A stretch of 64,000 bases of DNA from Alistipes sp. (GTDB taxonomy: Bacteria > Bacteroidota > Bacteroidia > Bacteroidales > Rikenellaceae). A model generated the notes under the pieces. The model made no database searches and was not told where the DNA came from. It worked only from the letters and a program-made list of their open reading frames with translations. This document shows, piece after piece, positions 48,711 to 59,038 of this stretch (the stretch's first letter is position 1; every line of letters starts with the position of its first letter). Both the position numbers and the translations under genes were made by a program. The DNA lies in NCBI GenBank assembly GCA_017505725.1, contig JAFVOR010000102.1:20634-84633 (forward strand), read 5' to 3'.

Positions 48711-49948
48711 TATTGTTGCTTCTTTCTCTTGTAATCGAATTTATAGTTGAAACTGATTGCAGCGTTGTCTACGCCCCAATATGTCTTTTTATGTGTACCG
48801 AAAAGTCGGCCATTATTTACATTATAGAATGTGTCGTAGTGGAGCTTGTAACCACCTGCGCCCAACACGAACTCCATACTCCACTTCTTGTTCTTAGAGA
48901 TTGGAGTGCGGTAGCCGAGGCTGATACCTCCTCCTAACGCAGGGCTCTTACCGTTGTGATCCTGATAACGGGTATCCCTGTTCACAGCGATATTGTACGA
49001 ACCTGCTCCAAAATGCGCGCCAACAAAGAAACCTGTATTCTCCTTCTTGATCCAATATCTCAACTCCGGCTGTGTAGCGAGGGTACGGAACTTGATGGTA
49101 GGCTTGAAGTAGTTGTATGCGGCGTACATTACAGGCACCGACAACGAGAGGTGCTTGCAAATGTCAAACTCAACAGCCACATTGGTGATGCCCAAGCCCC
49201 AAACCACGAGGTTGGTCTTGAGTGTAACGCCAAGCTGAGGCTCAACCTTCTCCTGCGCAGGTGCCGGCTCTTCTACCTGAACAGGCTGCGGGAACGACAT
49301 AAGCGAAGGGTCGACCTGAGCTACACTTGTCATAACAGGAAGTGGCGATAGAATCTCGTCGTAGATGATACGCACCGTGGTGATGATTGCTCCACCCTTA
49401 CGCATATCCTTGAAGTAGTCGCGCTCGAGCTCTCTCCACAACTGACCATCTCGGGCACTCTGCAATGCCGAACGACGCTCCGAACGCTCGTTTTCGATGA
49501 TGAGTTTCATAAGCTCCTCACGATACTCCTTCGATGTGTCGGAGGTGATGATAGGGAGCAGGAACTCGGTCCACGGAATCATTCGCTCGGTGCGAGTGAC
49601 CTTTGCAGACTCTGGGATGGTGATGTAGCTGCGAACAATGCGCTCGGCGGTCTCGAGACGACGCTTACCCAACGCCTTGTTGAAGCGGTATGAACCCTCT
49701 GGCGAAACCGAGCTGTAGAACTCCACAGACTTGATAACGATGGTGTGGTCATTGGCGATGGCACGAAGGTGACGGAACGCCTTGGCAAGTTCGGTGGTGT
49801 CGCGATTGAGGCAGATGTCGCCCTCATCCTCTCCACGAAGCACAAACGGAATATCAACCACCAACTGGTGCTCAATAACCCTCTCCTGTGCAGTGGCAGG
49901 GATGATAGCGGCTAATGCCAGCAATATGTATATTAAAAGCTTTTTCAC
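48710..49948 (-). CDS. DUF3575 outer-membrane protein
   Basis: SVSPEG, LKTNL...NVAVEF, QPELRYW, GISLGY; probable GTG start at 49948. Confidence 0.8.
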   Translation of the reverse strand: MKKLLIYILLALAAIIPATAQERVIEHQLVVDIPFVLRGEDEGDICLNRDTTELAKAFRHLRAIANDHTIVIKSVEFYSSVSPEGSYRFNKALGKRRLETAERIVRSYITIPESAKVTRTERMIPWTEFLLPIITSDTSKEYREELMKLIIENERSERRSALQSARDGQLWRELERDYFKDMRKGGAIITTVRIIYDEILSPLPVMTSVAQVDPSLMSFPQPVQVEEPAPAQEKVEPQLGVTLKTNLVVWGLGITNVAVEFDICKHLSLSVPVMYAAYNYFKPTIKFRTLATQPELRYWIKKENTGFFVGAHFGAGSYNIAVNRDTRYQDHNGKSPALGGGISLGYRTPISKNKKWSMEFVLGAGGYKLHYDTFYNVNNGRLFGTHKKTYWGVDNAAISFNYKFDYKRKKQQ

Positions 49949-50420
49949 GACTAACACTCTAAAGTTCGGCACTTTACATTTGCCATATCGAACCCCAATG
50001 GCTTGTTCAAATTCTGTGCCATACATTTAACGTTGCAAAGATATAGAAAAAAATCTGAAAAAAGAAATGTTTTTTAGAAAAAAAACGCGCATTTTGACCA
50101 CTATTTATACCCCCCCCCGTAACTTATTGTGATACAGCAAGTTAGGGGCACACCTCTGCGCATACGCAAAAAATAATTCGGATTTACCCCTCTTTGATGG
50201 TTGAAAATGAAGGTTTGAAGGGTAAAAAATGGTGTCGAAAATGGTGTTTTCGTAGTCCAAAATGGTGCGAAATCTGGCGCACCCAGCCGAATAACGAGTG
50301 CGATTTCGTTGAATTTTTCGAGGGTTTCGTTGAATTTTCACCCCTTGAAATTGAGTGATTCATCCCTCCAAATTTGGCAAAAAAAATCGATTATTGGCGC
50401 AAAAAAATATTTAATTTGAG

Positions 50421-51014
50421 CTATTCGGTTGCGCTCTTTTTGGGCTCGATTTGCTCGAAGGTTTGGTGTGAAATCGTTTCGGTCTCGCGCTCCGCAAAGA
50501 GATCTCCCCGGTGGATGATTGAGCCGCTAATAGAGACCGTCAGCCATAGGACGAGTGCGACGAAAATAACCCTCAAATTTGCCTTGCGACGAAGGATTAG
50601 AACTGCAGCGATGTAGATGAGGAGAAGCACTAAAATAAGTGCCGAGACAAGTCCGAAAATCACCAGCGAGATGGAGTACTCGGAGGCAATATCTGAGAGT
50701 GAGCCAACCTTGCCAAGGGGTGTAGAGACAAGTAGCGATGTGTCCCCTTGTATGATGTGTATAATGCTTATAATCAGCGATATAGACGAGCCAATGAGAG
50801 GCAAAATAGCGATGCACGCCACCACTTGCCAAATCCTCGCAATAGCGAGATTTAGCTTCTCGGCGAGCTTCACGACCTTGAGTCTCATCTTCTCCTCTTG
50901 GCTCAGTTCCGCCCCCTCGGCATCGAGGTTATCGCCCTCGAGATGCGGACTCGACGGAGCCATTCGTGGAAGCACGAATTTGATGAGAATAAACGAGATG
51001 ATAAGCACCAGCAT
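50421..51014 (-). CDS. Membrane protein co-transcribed with pspC
   Basis: About four TM segments; follows the PspC gene. Confidence 0.6.
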   Translation of the reverse strand: MLVLIISFILIKFVLPRMAPSSPHLEGDNLDAEGAELSQEEKMRLKVVKLAEKLNLAIARIWQVVACIAILPLIGSSISLIISIIHIIQGDTSLLVSTPLGKVGSLSDIASEYSISLVIFGLVSALILVLLLIYIAAVLILRRKANLRVIFVALVLWLTVSISGSIIHRGDLFAERETETISHQTFEQIEPKKSATE

Positions 51015-51080
51015 AGTCGAAAATTTGGGTCAAGGAGTGCAAGGCGAGAGCACTCGGAATTGCACTCCTCGTTCTCTTTT

Positions 51081-51278
51081 TTACCTCTCCTCAGGGATGA
51101 TTAACCACGCAAGCAGATAGACCCACAGCGACATTCCCATCACAAATGTCAGTAGCGCGGTGATTACACGCAAGGCATTCGCATCGATGTTGAGATATTC
51201 GGCAAGGCCTCCGCAAACGCCTCCGATAATGCGGTTCGATTTCGAACGGTAGAGTCTCTTAACTGGTTGATTGTTCAT
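51081..51278 (-). CDS. pspC: PspC domain protein
   Basis: LYRS..RIIGGVCGGLAEYL...YLLAWLIIP. Confidence 0.92.
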   Translation of the reverse strand: MNNQPVKRLYRSKSNRIIGGVCGGLAEYLNIDANALRVITALLTFVMGMSLWVYLLAWLIIPEER

Positions 51279-51309
51279 TGTTTAACGCTTTTATATGTTT
51301 GATACTATG

Positions 51310-52227
51310 TTAAATTTTGCCCTTTAATATCTCCTCAATCTCGCCCACATTGATTGAGTCTTTCACCAAGACCACCTTCTGCTTGTCGAGCAGATAGAGA
51401 GCAGGAATGGCGTTCACATTGTAGAGATTCTCGCGGTCGATGAGTTGCCCCTTGTCGTAGCCATTAATCCACTCATTAGGCATATCTGCGCGGTGTTTGA
51501 GCCACTCGTCGAGTTGCTCGTCGGGGTAGATGGCAAGCACCTTGAGTTTGCCATTTCGCACCATCTTGGAGATAATCTCCGACTCCTTCATCGCCTTGGT
51601 AATGTCGCGACAGAGCGAGCAACCAGGGTTGTTGAAGTAGATTATCGTGAAGTCGCTCTTCAGGTCGTACATTCGGTACGACTTGCCATTTGCGACGGTG
51701 TAGCTGAAGTCGTTTGCCTTGTGTCCGATGCGGTTTTGCGAGACAATCTGCAGGTCGTACTCGGGTGCCATCTTCTCGTAGCGGTCGTAGTGCGGCGAGG
51801 CTATCTGCGCCTCCAATACCGCTATGTAGAGCTCGTCACTGCGATATGGCGAGTTGGGGTCGTGCAGCACCTTTTCGGACAACATACCGAAGTAGTCGAA
51901 CATCTTTTTCGATGCGGAGGCCCTCTCCATCAACTTGCGGATAGGCTCTTGGTTGAATGGTCCCACAAAGTTTGACACATAGTCGGCATAGACGCGCAAC
52001 ATCTCTATGGTGTCGGCTTTGGTCGTGTAGAGTGTGTCGGCAAAGTCGAACTTGTCCCAATAGTGGTCACGCATATAGGCGAGCTTCTCCTCGTCGCTCG
52101 CCTGCGACGGAGGGAACACGCGCAGGAAGCGGTAACACTTCGCAGGCTCCGTCTTCTTCGCCTTCGAGGTGCATCCCAGCATCAGGAGTGATGCCACTAT
52201 TGCTATTATAAGTTGTCTCACGCTCAT
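51310..52227 (-). CDS. DUF5106 / thioredoxin-like lipoprotein
   Basis: Lipobox LGC; HYWD; LHDPNSPYR; NPGCSLC; IPALYLLD. Confidence 0.85.
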   Translation of the reverse strand: MSVRQLIIAIVASLLMLGCTSKAKKTEPAKCYRFLRVFPPSQASDEEKLAYMRDHYWDKFDFADTLYTTKADTIEMLRVYADYVSNFVGPFNQEPIRKLMERASASKKMFDYFGMLSEKVLHDPNSPYRSDELYIAVLEAQIASPHYDRYEKMAPEYDLQIVSQNRIGHKANDFSYTVANGKSYRMYDLKSDFTIIYFNNPGCSLCRDITKAMKESEIISKMVRNGKLKVLAIYPDEQLDEWLKHRADMPNEWINGYDKGQLIDRENLYNVNAIPALYLLDKQKVVLVKDSINVGEIEEILKGKI

Positions 52228-52443
52228 CGTTATGTTGTTACCACGAAATTTCGGTCGAGTAGTTGTTACCAAAGCGATCTGATAGTCATCGTTCTAATAG
52301 GTATAAATCTTTACAAAGGTACAATTATTATTCGCACAAAACAAATTTGGGTGGCATAAAAATGTGAGGCGACGGTGCTTGATGGATGGATGTGGCGCAA
52401 TTATTGCGACTTGCGAGAGGTGATAACTAAAAATTGATTTCCT

Positions 52444-53901
52444 ATGGAGAATAAAAAGAGTTCGGGTTTCCGCCTCTCGGTGGCAACTCTTGCAATTATG
52501 AATGTCACCGCAGTTGTCAGTCTGCGAGGACTTGCTGCGGAGTCCATCTATGGACTCTCGTCAGCCTTCTACTACCTTTTTGCGGCTATCGTATTCTTGA
52601 TTCCTACCGCACTTGTGGCTGCCGAGCTGGCGGCAATGTACTCCAACAAGCAGGGTGGAGTGTTTCGCTGGGTAGGCGAGGCGATGGGTGCACGATTGGG
52701 CTTTCTGGCGATTTGGATTCAGTGGATTCAATCCACCATCTGGTATCCTACGGTGCTCACTTTTGGTGCGGTCTCGATCGCCTTTATCGGTATGGATCAG
52801 ACGCACGATATGGCGCTCGCTTCGAACAAACTTTTTACCCTTATCGTGGTGTTGGCCATCTATTGGGTGGCGACCTTTATCGCCCTTAAGGGTTTGAGTT
52901 GGGTTGGTAAGATCAGTAAGTGGGGTGGACTCATCGGCACGATTATCCCTGCCGCTCTGCTTATCGTAATGGGCATTGCCTACCTCGCTACGGGTGGCAC
53001 GAACCATATGAATATGTCGCAGAGCTTCTTCCCCGATATGTCGAAGTTCAGCAACCTCGTCTTGGCAAGTGGTATATTCCTCTTCTATGCCGGAATGGAG
53101 ATGATGGGTGTCCACGTTATGGAGGTCGACAACCCTCGCCGCAACTATCCGAAGGCAATTATCTTGGGCGCAATTGTTACGGTGCTGATATTTATCTTTG
53201 GCACATTCTCGTTGGGCGTGATCATTCCTGCCAAGGAAGTCAACCTCACGCAGTCGCTCTTGGTGGGCTTCGACAGCTACCTCGCCTACTTCAAGATGTC
53301 GTGGGCCTCGCCAATCGTGGCGATTGCGCTGATGTTCGGTGTATTGGCGGGCGTGCTGACTTGGGTGTCGGGTCCTTCGAAGGGTATCTTCGCAGTGGGT
53401 AAGGCGGGCTATCTGCCTCCATTCTTCCAGAAGGAGAACAGCAATGGTGTGCAGCGCAATATTCTGCTTATTCAGGGCGTGATTGTAACCCTCTTGGCAC
53501 TGCTCTTTGTGGTTATGCCATCGGTGCAGTCGTTCTACCAGATTCTCTCGCAGCTCACCGCCTTGCTCTACCTTATTATGTATATGCTGATGTTCGCCTC
53601 GGCCATCGTGCTGCGCTATCGTCGAGCCTCGAAGGAGCGTCCTTTCCGCCTCGGAGGAAACGCCACAATGTGGATCATTGCGGGCGTAGGTTTCCTCGGC
53701 TCGTTGCTCGCCTTCGTGTTGAGCTTTATACCGCCTGCGCAGATTGCGACGGGTAGCACAACGGTATGGTTCTCGGTGCTCTTTGGTGGCGCATTTATCG
53801 TGATAATTCTGCCATTCATCATCTTCTCGATGCGAAAAACTGAGTGGCGCAATCCTACTATCACCTTTGAACCTTTTGATTGGGAGCGTGAGCGCAAATA
53901 A
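52444..53901 (+). CDS. gadC: Glutamate/GABA antiporter (APC family)
   Basis: AVVSLRGL, GGVFRWVGEA, FYAGMEM, NYPKA; ~12 TM. Confidence 0.85.
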   Translation: MENKKSSGFRLSVATLAIMNVTAVVSLRGLAAESIYGLSSAFYYLFAAIVFLIPTALVAAELAAMYSNKQGGVFRWVGEAMGARLGFLAIWIQWIQSTIWYPTVLTFGAVSIAFIGMDQTHDMALASNKLFTLIVVLAIYWVATFIALKGLSWVGKISKWGGLIGTIIPAALLIVMGIAYLATGGTNHMNMSQSFFPDMSKFSNLVLASGIFLFYAGMEMMGVHVMEVDNPRRNYPKAIILGAIVTVLIFIFGTFSLGVIIPAKEVNLTQSLLVGFDSYLAYFKMSWASPIVAIALMFGVLAGVLTWVSGPSKGIFAVGKAGYLPPFFQKENSNGVQRNILLIQGVIVTLLALLFVVMPSVQSFYQILSQLTALLYLIMYMLMFASAIVLRYRRASKERPFRLGGNATMWIIAGVGFLGSLLAFVLSFIPPAQIATGSTTVWFSVLFGGAFIVIILPFIIFSMRKTEWRNPTITFEPFDWERERK

Positions 53902-53903
53902 TG

Positions 53904-53934
53904 TTGAGAGGGTGTCCCGTGGGCACCCTCTCAA
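53904..53934. terminator. Terminator hairpin after gadC
   Basis: TTGAGAGGGTGTCC-CGT-GGGCACCCTCTCAA. Confidence 0.75.
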
Positions 53935-54073
53935 TGTTAATAGACCAATTCGTCGTTCTCTGTTCCGAATCCCGGAAGTCCTACGCTGTCGCCATAACCC
54001 CTCTCGGCTACGACGAGGAAGATCTCAAGTTGTGGTTTTTGATAATTTTTCATAGTCGTAATCGTTTTATGGA

Positions 54074-57000
54074 TTATTGCAACGATGGCTTACTTGTCAA
54101 CAATGTACAGCCGTCGTAGTTTGCGTTCTCCCACTCAGGCTCGCTGGTGTAGAGATATTTGAAGTAGTTGCTTGCATTGAGCTTTGTACCCTTGGCTACA
54201 GGCTCGGCATCCGAGTCGTCCCACTCCTTCACGAGCATACCACCTACGGCGCAGTTGTTCGCTATTGTTGTCTCGCTGCGCTCCTTGCCGAAGATGAAGC
54301 CTGGTGTATAGTCCGGACTGTAGATGTTGCAGTGACACTTCGCATTGGTGATGCTGCCGGCTGTCGCACTACCTCCGCAAACTCCACCGACATAGACTGT
54401 GCCACTGAGTGTGCCTGTAACGCTGATATCACCTATGTTGATGACATTCGCGCTGACATCTGGTTTTCCGTAGTAGCCAAATACACCACCGATGCAAGCG
54501 TGCGAGGCGACATTTGCGCCGATGCTGATTGCTCCCTCATTAGCAAAGGTGCCTTCGAATGCGCCTAAAGCCTCTGTCTTTACACGGCCTGTAATTCCGC
54601 CAAGCTGCAACTCTCCACCGATAGCCACGCCCTCCTCGATAGTGATGTTGCCGTGGTTGTAGAGATTCTTGTATGTACGTGGGTTGTCGAATACATTCAT
54701 AATACCACCCAACAAGAGGTTCTTGCTGAACGAAGCATCCTTGGTTACGGTGATATTACCATAGTTGTGGAGATTCGACAACTCTGCAAGGTTGAGTCCT
54801 ATACTCATAACGTTGCATACGCCCGATACCATAGCATTCTTGGTTCCTGGATGATTCTGCGATACGATGATGTCGCCATAGTTATCGCAGTTGGCTACCG
54901 CACCATTTGCAATGCGTTCAACATTGGTAAATACACCTCCCACGCGGAGCATTGTTTGACTGCCGCTGAGAACCGAGCCTCCAGCTTCGATTGTACCATA
55001 GTTCTTGCAATCTGCAGCCACTGTTGCATTTGCATTTGTGAAGGCGCAGACACCTGCGATGTCGATGTAACGAGTTGCTGTGCCATAGTGCTCACCGTTA
55101 TAGATGATCTTTCCGAGGAGCTGCTTCTCGCCCACCTTCTCCGAACCATTGGTGCAGTTGGTAACACCTTTGCAGGTCGAAACCACGCCACCGATGAGCT
55201 GTGAACCGCCAAAGCGGCTATTCAAGGTCTTTACACCATAGTTCTGGCAGTTGTCGAGGATAGAGTATGGTGCAGAGCCTACGCAACCTCCGAGGTAGAG
55301 AGCAAAGATGTCGCCTGTAGTGGTGAAGTTGACGCGGCTTACCAAGCCCGATGTAGTCTTCGATGTTGTTGTGCGACCAATAATACCTCCTACATAGTAG
55401 GTGTTGGTAGCTGCATTGTTGATATTAATCTCGATGTTACCCTCTGCCGAGCAGTTGCGTATGATAGATGTAGCACTTTCGATGTGGCAAGCCAATGCTC
55501 CGAGATAGAACAACTCTTCGGAAGTGTGCAGGATGTTAACATCGGTGAGGTGTATGTTCTTCAGGTTAACAGTCGCAGTTGTTGTGCCGAACAAAGGTGC
55601 TTTCAAGCCGATAATCTTGTGGTTGCCGCCATCGAATGTACCTGCGTAATTCTCGATTGGAGTCCACTCAACATCGGTCAGGTCGAGGTCGGCAGTCAGA
55701 GTGACATCTCCTGTTGGGTTTGCTGCCAATGCAAGCAACTCATCTACTGTGCCAATCTTTGTAGGAAGGGCGTATGAAGGAGTCTCGTCGATTGCCGAGA
55801 TGTAGCCGATACCGTCGGTGTTGATGATAATATCGCGTTGCTCATCCGAACTATATGCGTAGCTATGGAAGTTCTCGATATTCAAAGTCACAGCCTCGCT
55901 CATACCCGACCTCTGGATAGAGCCACCAATGCCGCACGAATTGAACAGTTTGCTTCGTGCCGCACCTGTGAGCATACCTGCTGTGGTCACATTCGTAGCC
56001 TTGATATTACCGAAGTAGTAGGCGTTCTTGACATCTTTTGTGCCCGATCCTGTCTGGCTACCAACCACACCTCCTACATATACATTAGACGATGTGACAT
56101 TCAAATCACACTCGCTATACCAAGTTACAGCACCTAGGTTTGGCTGTCCCATAGCGCCCATAATACCTCCTACGAGGAACGATGTTGCCGATGGTGTGGC
56201 ATTATTTACCAACGAGACATTGATATCGCCCTTGCTCCAGATGGTTGCACCTGCACTATCCGAAGACCAAGTTTGAGCATAGGCTCCAACAATACCGCCG
56301 ATACGAACATTGCCCTTGGCGCTACCGCCAATTGTCAAGGTACCCTCGTTTGTCACAGTGTTCATCACGCCAAGTGTTGCTGCGCTACCATTGTGTATAC
56401 CCAATATACCGGCTACCATAACAACTCCTGTGCTGGTACCATTGTAGTCGATAGCTCCCTTGTTGGTACAACCGTCGATGTACAACTTGCTTGCGTTAGT
56501 TTTGTTTCCTACAAGACCTCCGCAATAGATAGCTGTAACGGACGCACCATCTTCGACAGTGATACTACCACTATTTGTACAAGATGTGAATGTTGTCTTG
56601 TGACTGCTGCTATTTGCAACGCAGTAGGCGCAAAATCCTCCCAACTGCACATTTCCGTTGATACTTGCACCGCTCTTGATTGCGATTTCACCATTGTTCG
56701 AGCAATTTGTAAAGGTTATGTTGTTTGCGTCATTACGGTATGCCAACAGACCCGCAATAACTATCGAGGCGTTTATTGAGGTGTTGTTGTCGATGGTGAT
56801 GTTACCGTGGTTGTGGCAATCGGTGAGGGTAAAATCCTCATTCCAATCCTCCTCTACAAGACCTCCGATTCGCGTGAGTGCAGCCTCGCCCTTTATTGTG
56901 ATATTGCCGTAGTTGTTGCACTTCTCGGCGGTGATTGCTGTGGAGTTGGTGCGCGATAGGAATCCCGAAATATACAACTCGCCCTTCATCTTGGTATCGA

Positions 57001-58585
57001 TCAGGATATCTCCGTAGTTGTTACACTCCGAGAGTGTGCCTCGTCCGTAGCAGGAGATACCCGAAGCCATAAGGTTGTTGTTAAGTGTGCCATTTGCGGT
57101 GATTGCGCCTCTGTTGGTACAATTTGCCATACCGCCCGTACAGCAATGTGCAACACCCGACAACATAGGAGTTCCGTCGATCTTGCCTTCGAAGGTTATC
57201 GAACCGAGGTTTGTTGTGTTGCTCAGTTTACCGCAGTGGAAACTAATCGCGCCTCCAATGCGAGTGAGTGCAGCGCCAAAGTCGCCCTTTGCCACAATCT
57301 CAACATCGGCAGTCAGGTTCGAAAATGTCTTGGTCGATGCGCTATAGCCAATTATCGAGGCGTAGTGTAATGCTTCGCCGTGGATATATGCAGGAGTAGC
57401 TGCGTCGATTGTAAACTTACCCGACACATAGCAATTCTCCACTACTGCGTTCTCCGAATAGATGGTGCCGGCCAAAGCTCCTGCATCCGCGCCTGTTACG
57501 GTCATATCGATATCGACGAGTCGCACATTCTTGATCGAAGTAGCGGTGGTGTCGAACAACGGAGCGGTCAAACCCTTGATATCCTTGTTGCCACCATCGA
57601 ATTCGTACTCGCCAAAGCCCAATACCGGACTCCACTGCTTGCCTGTCATATCGATGCTTGCCACAACCTTCGCCTTGGTGTAAGGTGCAAAGTCGGCAGC
57701 CTTCTCGGCAAAACGACGCAACGATGCCTCGTCGTAGATGAGGAATGTGTCGGTGTCGGTGCTGTTTGCTATGTAGCTAAACGCAGGGAACTGACGCACG
57801 ATACCTGCCTTGATAGCTTTACTTGCGGATGTGTCGAAGCTGACAGCCATATTGTCGGTCGCGGTATAGAGCGTTACGGTAATCATACCATAGTTGCCCG
57901 CAGGAACGGCGATGTAGATTGGGGTAGGCTCTGCACCGAGTGTCAAGCCTTCGCCAAACGATACCGTTACGCTGCTCGATGCGTTGGCGTGAGCTGTCAA
58001 TGCTCCAGTAGTGCAGTCGAGGTCGAAGTTACCTGCCAACTTTCCGCTCTCGGCCTCCACCGCGATAGCCGAAAGAGTCACGCCCTCGCCCATTGGAGCA
58101 ATCGAAAGCACGCCTGCAAGGTGGTTGAGTGCAATGGCGTCGCCATTTGCTTCGACGTGTGCATACATAGGCGCTGCGCCATTAGCAAATGAACCTTTAG
58201 TGTAGTTCTGAATTGCAGGGAATGTCACCGCACGCAAACCCTCGGCAGCGGTTACCCCCTCTGCAGGTGCAGGGTAGACGATATCGAGTGGATGCTCGAG
58301 TGCTGCATTGATGGTGAACTGCGCGCTCTTCTTGCCGTGAGCAGCTGCACCGAGAGCCTCCGAGGCTATGCCATTAACGGCAATCTGGTCGCCTTCGCTC
58401 CAGTAGAGCGGATATTCGTCGCCATCCTTGTCGCCAATATGAGTACGCGACTCTTCGAGCGAAATGTTGATGATGGTCTGGTCAACTGCGAGGTTGACGC
58501 CGAGATCCTCGGTTGTGTCGGTGGTACACGCAAATGCGAAGATTGCCGACATAACAACTGTTAAAAATCGTAAAAAGTTTTTCAT
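54074..58585 (-). CDS. Large surface lipoprotein: fimbrillin-like N-terminus plus GLUG/beta-helix-like repeats
   Basis: Lipobox FAC; SRT...YWSEGDQIAVNG; two FDGGN.I.GL.APLF modules; many CxNxGxI / GGIxG repeats. Confidence 0.8.
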   Translation of the reverse strand: MKNFLRFLTVVMSAIFAFACTTDTTEDLGVNLAVDQTIINISLEESRTHIGDKDGDEYPLYWSEGDQIAVNGIASEALGAAAHGKKSAQFTINAALEHPLDIVYPAPAEGVTAAEGLRAVTFPAIQNYTKGSFANGAAPMYAHVEANGDAIALNHLAGVLSIAPMGEGVTLSAIAVEAESGKLAGNFDLDCTTGALTAHANASSSVTVSFGEGLTLGAEPTPIYIAVPAGNYGMITVTLYTATDNMAVSFDTSASKAIKAGIVRQFPAFSYIANSTDTDTFLIYDEASLRRFAEKAADFAPYTKAKVVASIDMTGKQWSPVLGFGEYEFDGGNKDIKGLTAPLFDTTATSIKNVRLVDIDMTVTGADAGALAGTIYSENAVVENCYVSGKFTIDAATPAYIHGEALHYASIIGYSASTKTFSNLTADVEIVAKGDFGAALTRIGGAISFHCGKLSNTTNLGSITFEGKIDGTPMLSGVAHCCTGGMANCTNRGAITANGTLNNNLMASGISCYGRGTLSECNNYGDILIDTKMKGELYISGFLSRTNSTAITAEKCNNYGNITIKGEAALTRIGGLVEEDWNEDFTLTDCHNHGNITIDNNTSINASIVIAGLLAYRNDANNITFTNCSNNGEIAIKSGASINGNVQLGGFCAYCVANSSSHKTTFTSCTNSGSITVEDGASVTAIYCGGLVGNKTNASKLYIDGCTNKGAIDYNGTSTGVVMVAGILGIHNGSAATLGVMNTVTNEGTLTIGGSAKGNVRIGGIVGAYAQTWSSDSAGATIWSKGDINVSLVNNATPSATSFLVGGIMGAMGQPNLGAVTWYSECDLNVTSSNVYVGGVVGSQTGSGTKDVKNAYYFGNIKATNVTTAGMLTGAARSKLFNSCGIGGSIQRSGMSEAVTLNIENFHSYAYSSDEQRDIIINTDGIGYISAIDETPSYALPTKIGTVDELLALAANPTGDVTLTADLDLTDVEWTPIENYAGTFDGGNHKIIGLKAPLFGTTTATVNLKNIHLTDVNILHTSEELFYLGALACHIESATSIIRNCSAEGNIEININNAATNTYYVGGIIGRTTTSKTTSGLVSRVNFTTTGDIFALYLGGCVGSAPYSILDNCQNYGVKTLNSRFGGSQLIGGVVSTCKGVTNCTNGSEKVGEKQLLGKIIYNGEHYGTATRYIDIAGVCAFTNANATVAADCKNYGTIEAGGSVLSGSQTMLRVGGVFTNVERIANGAVANCDNYGDIIVSQNHPGTKNAMVSGVCNVMSIGLNLAELSNLHNYGNITVTKDASFSKNLLLGGIMNVFDNPRTYKNLYNHGNITIEEGVAIGGELQLGGITGRVKTEALGAFEGTFANEGAISIGANVASHACIGGVFGYYGKPDVSANVINIGDISVTGTLSGTVYVGGVCGGSATAGSITNAKCHCNIYSPDYTPGFIFGKERSETTIANNCAVGGMLVKEWDDSDAEPVAKGTKLNASNYFKYLYTSEPEWENANYDGCTLLTSKPSLQ

Positions 58586-58706
58586 TTTTGGATGTATTTT
58601 GGTTTTTTTTCGTTTCGAAACTGTGGTATTCTTTGGTACAAAGTTATGAATAAAGTTTTAAAAAATCAAAAAAATGTCACTATAAACTACCATCCGGCAC
58701 AAAAAT

Positions 58707-58740
58707 AGAGAGGCTGACCTTACGGTCAACCTCTCTCTAT
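58707..58740 (-). terminator. Terminator of rpsU
   Basis: AGAGAGGCTGACC-TTAC-GGTCAACCTCTCT. Confidence 0.7.
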
Positions 58741-58756
58741 CTGTTGGTCAGATGGA

Positions 58757-58951
58757 CTACTCCTCCTCCTGACGGTGCAACTGCTCTACATAGATAGCGT
58801 GAGCCATCTTGTCGCGCTTTGCAATCGAAGGCTTTGTGAAGTACTGACGAGCACGAAGCTCCTTCAAAACACCTGTACGCTCATACTTACGCTTAAACTT
58901 CTTGAGAGCGCGCTCGATGTTCTCGCCCTCCTTAACTTCCATAATAATCAT
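58757..58951 (-). CDS. rpsU: 30S ribosomal protein S21
   Basis: VKEGENIERALKKFKRK...RQYFTKPS. Confidence 0.96.
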   Translation of the reverse strand: MIIMEVKEGENIERALKKFKRKYERTGVLKELRARQYFTKPSIAKRDKMAHAIYVEQLHRQEEE

Positions 58952-59038
58952 AATCGTTCTCTATTTTTTATTGTTTGTTTTCTGTTTGTTTTTTTTGCAA
59001 CCCTTGCGCCGAGTTGCGGGGCGTTTGCTGTTTGTGTC

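Noticed and set aside
50228-50340. Short direct repeats (AATGGTG x3; TTTCGTTGAATTTT x2) as an invertible promoter
   Set aside because: They are direct, not inverted, repeats and no invertase is nearby.
51295-51315. CTATGTTAAAT, one mismatch from a XerD arm
   Set aside because: Overlaps the DUF5106 stop codon and has no XerC-like half; likely chance.
52561-53934. 457-aa - strand ORF
   Set aside because: Antisense shadow of gadC.
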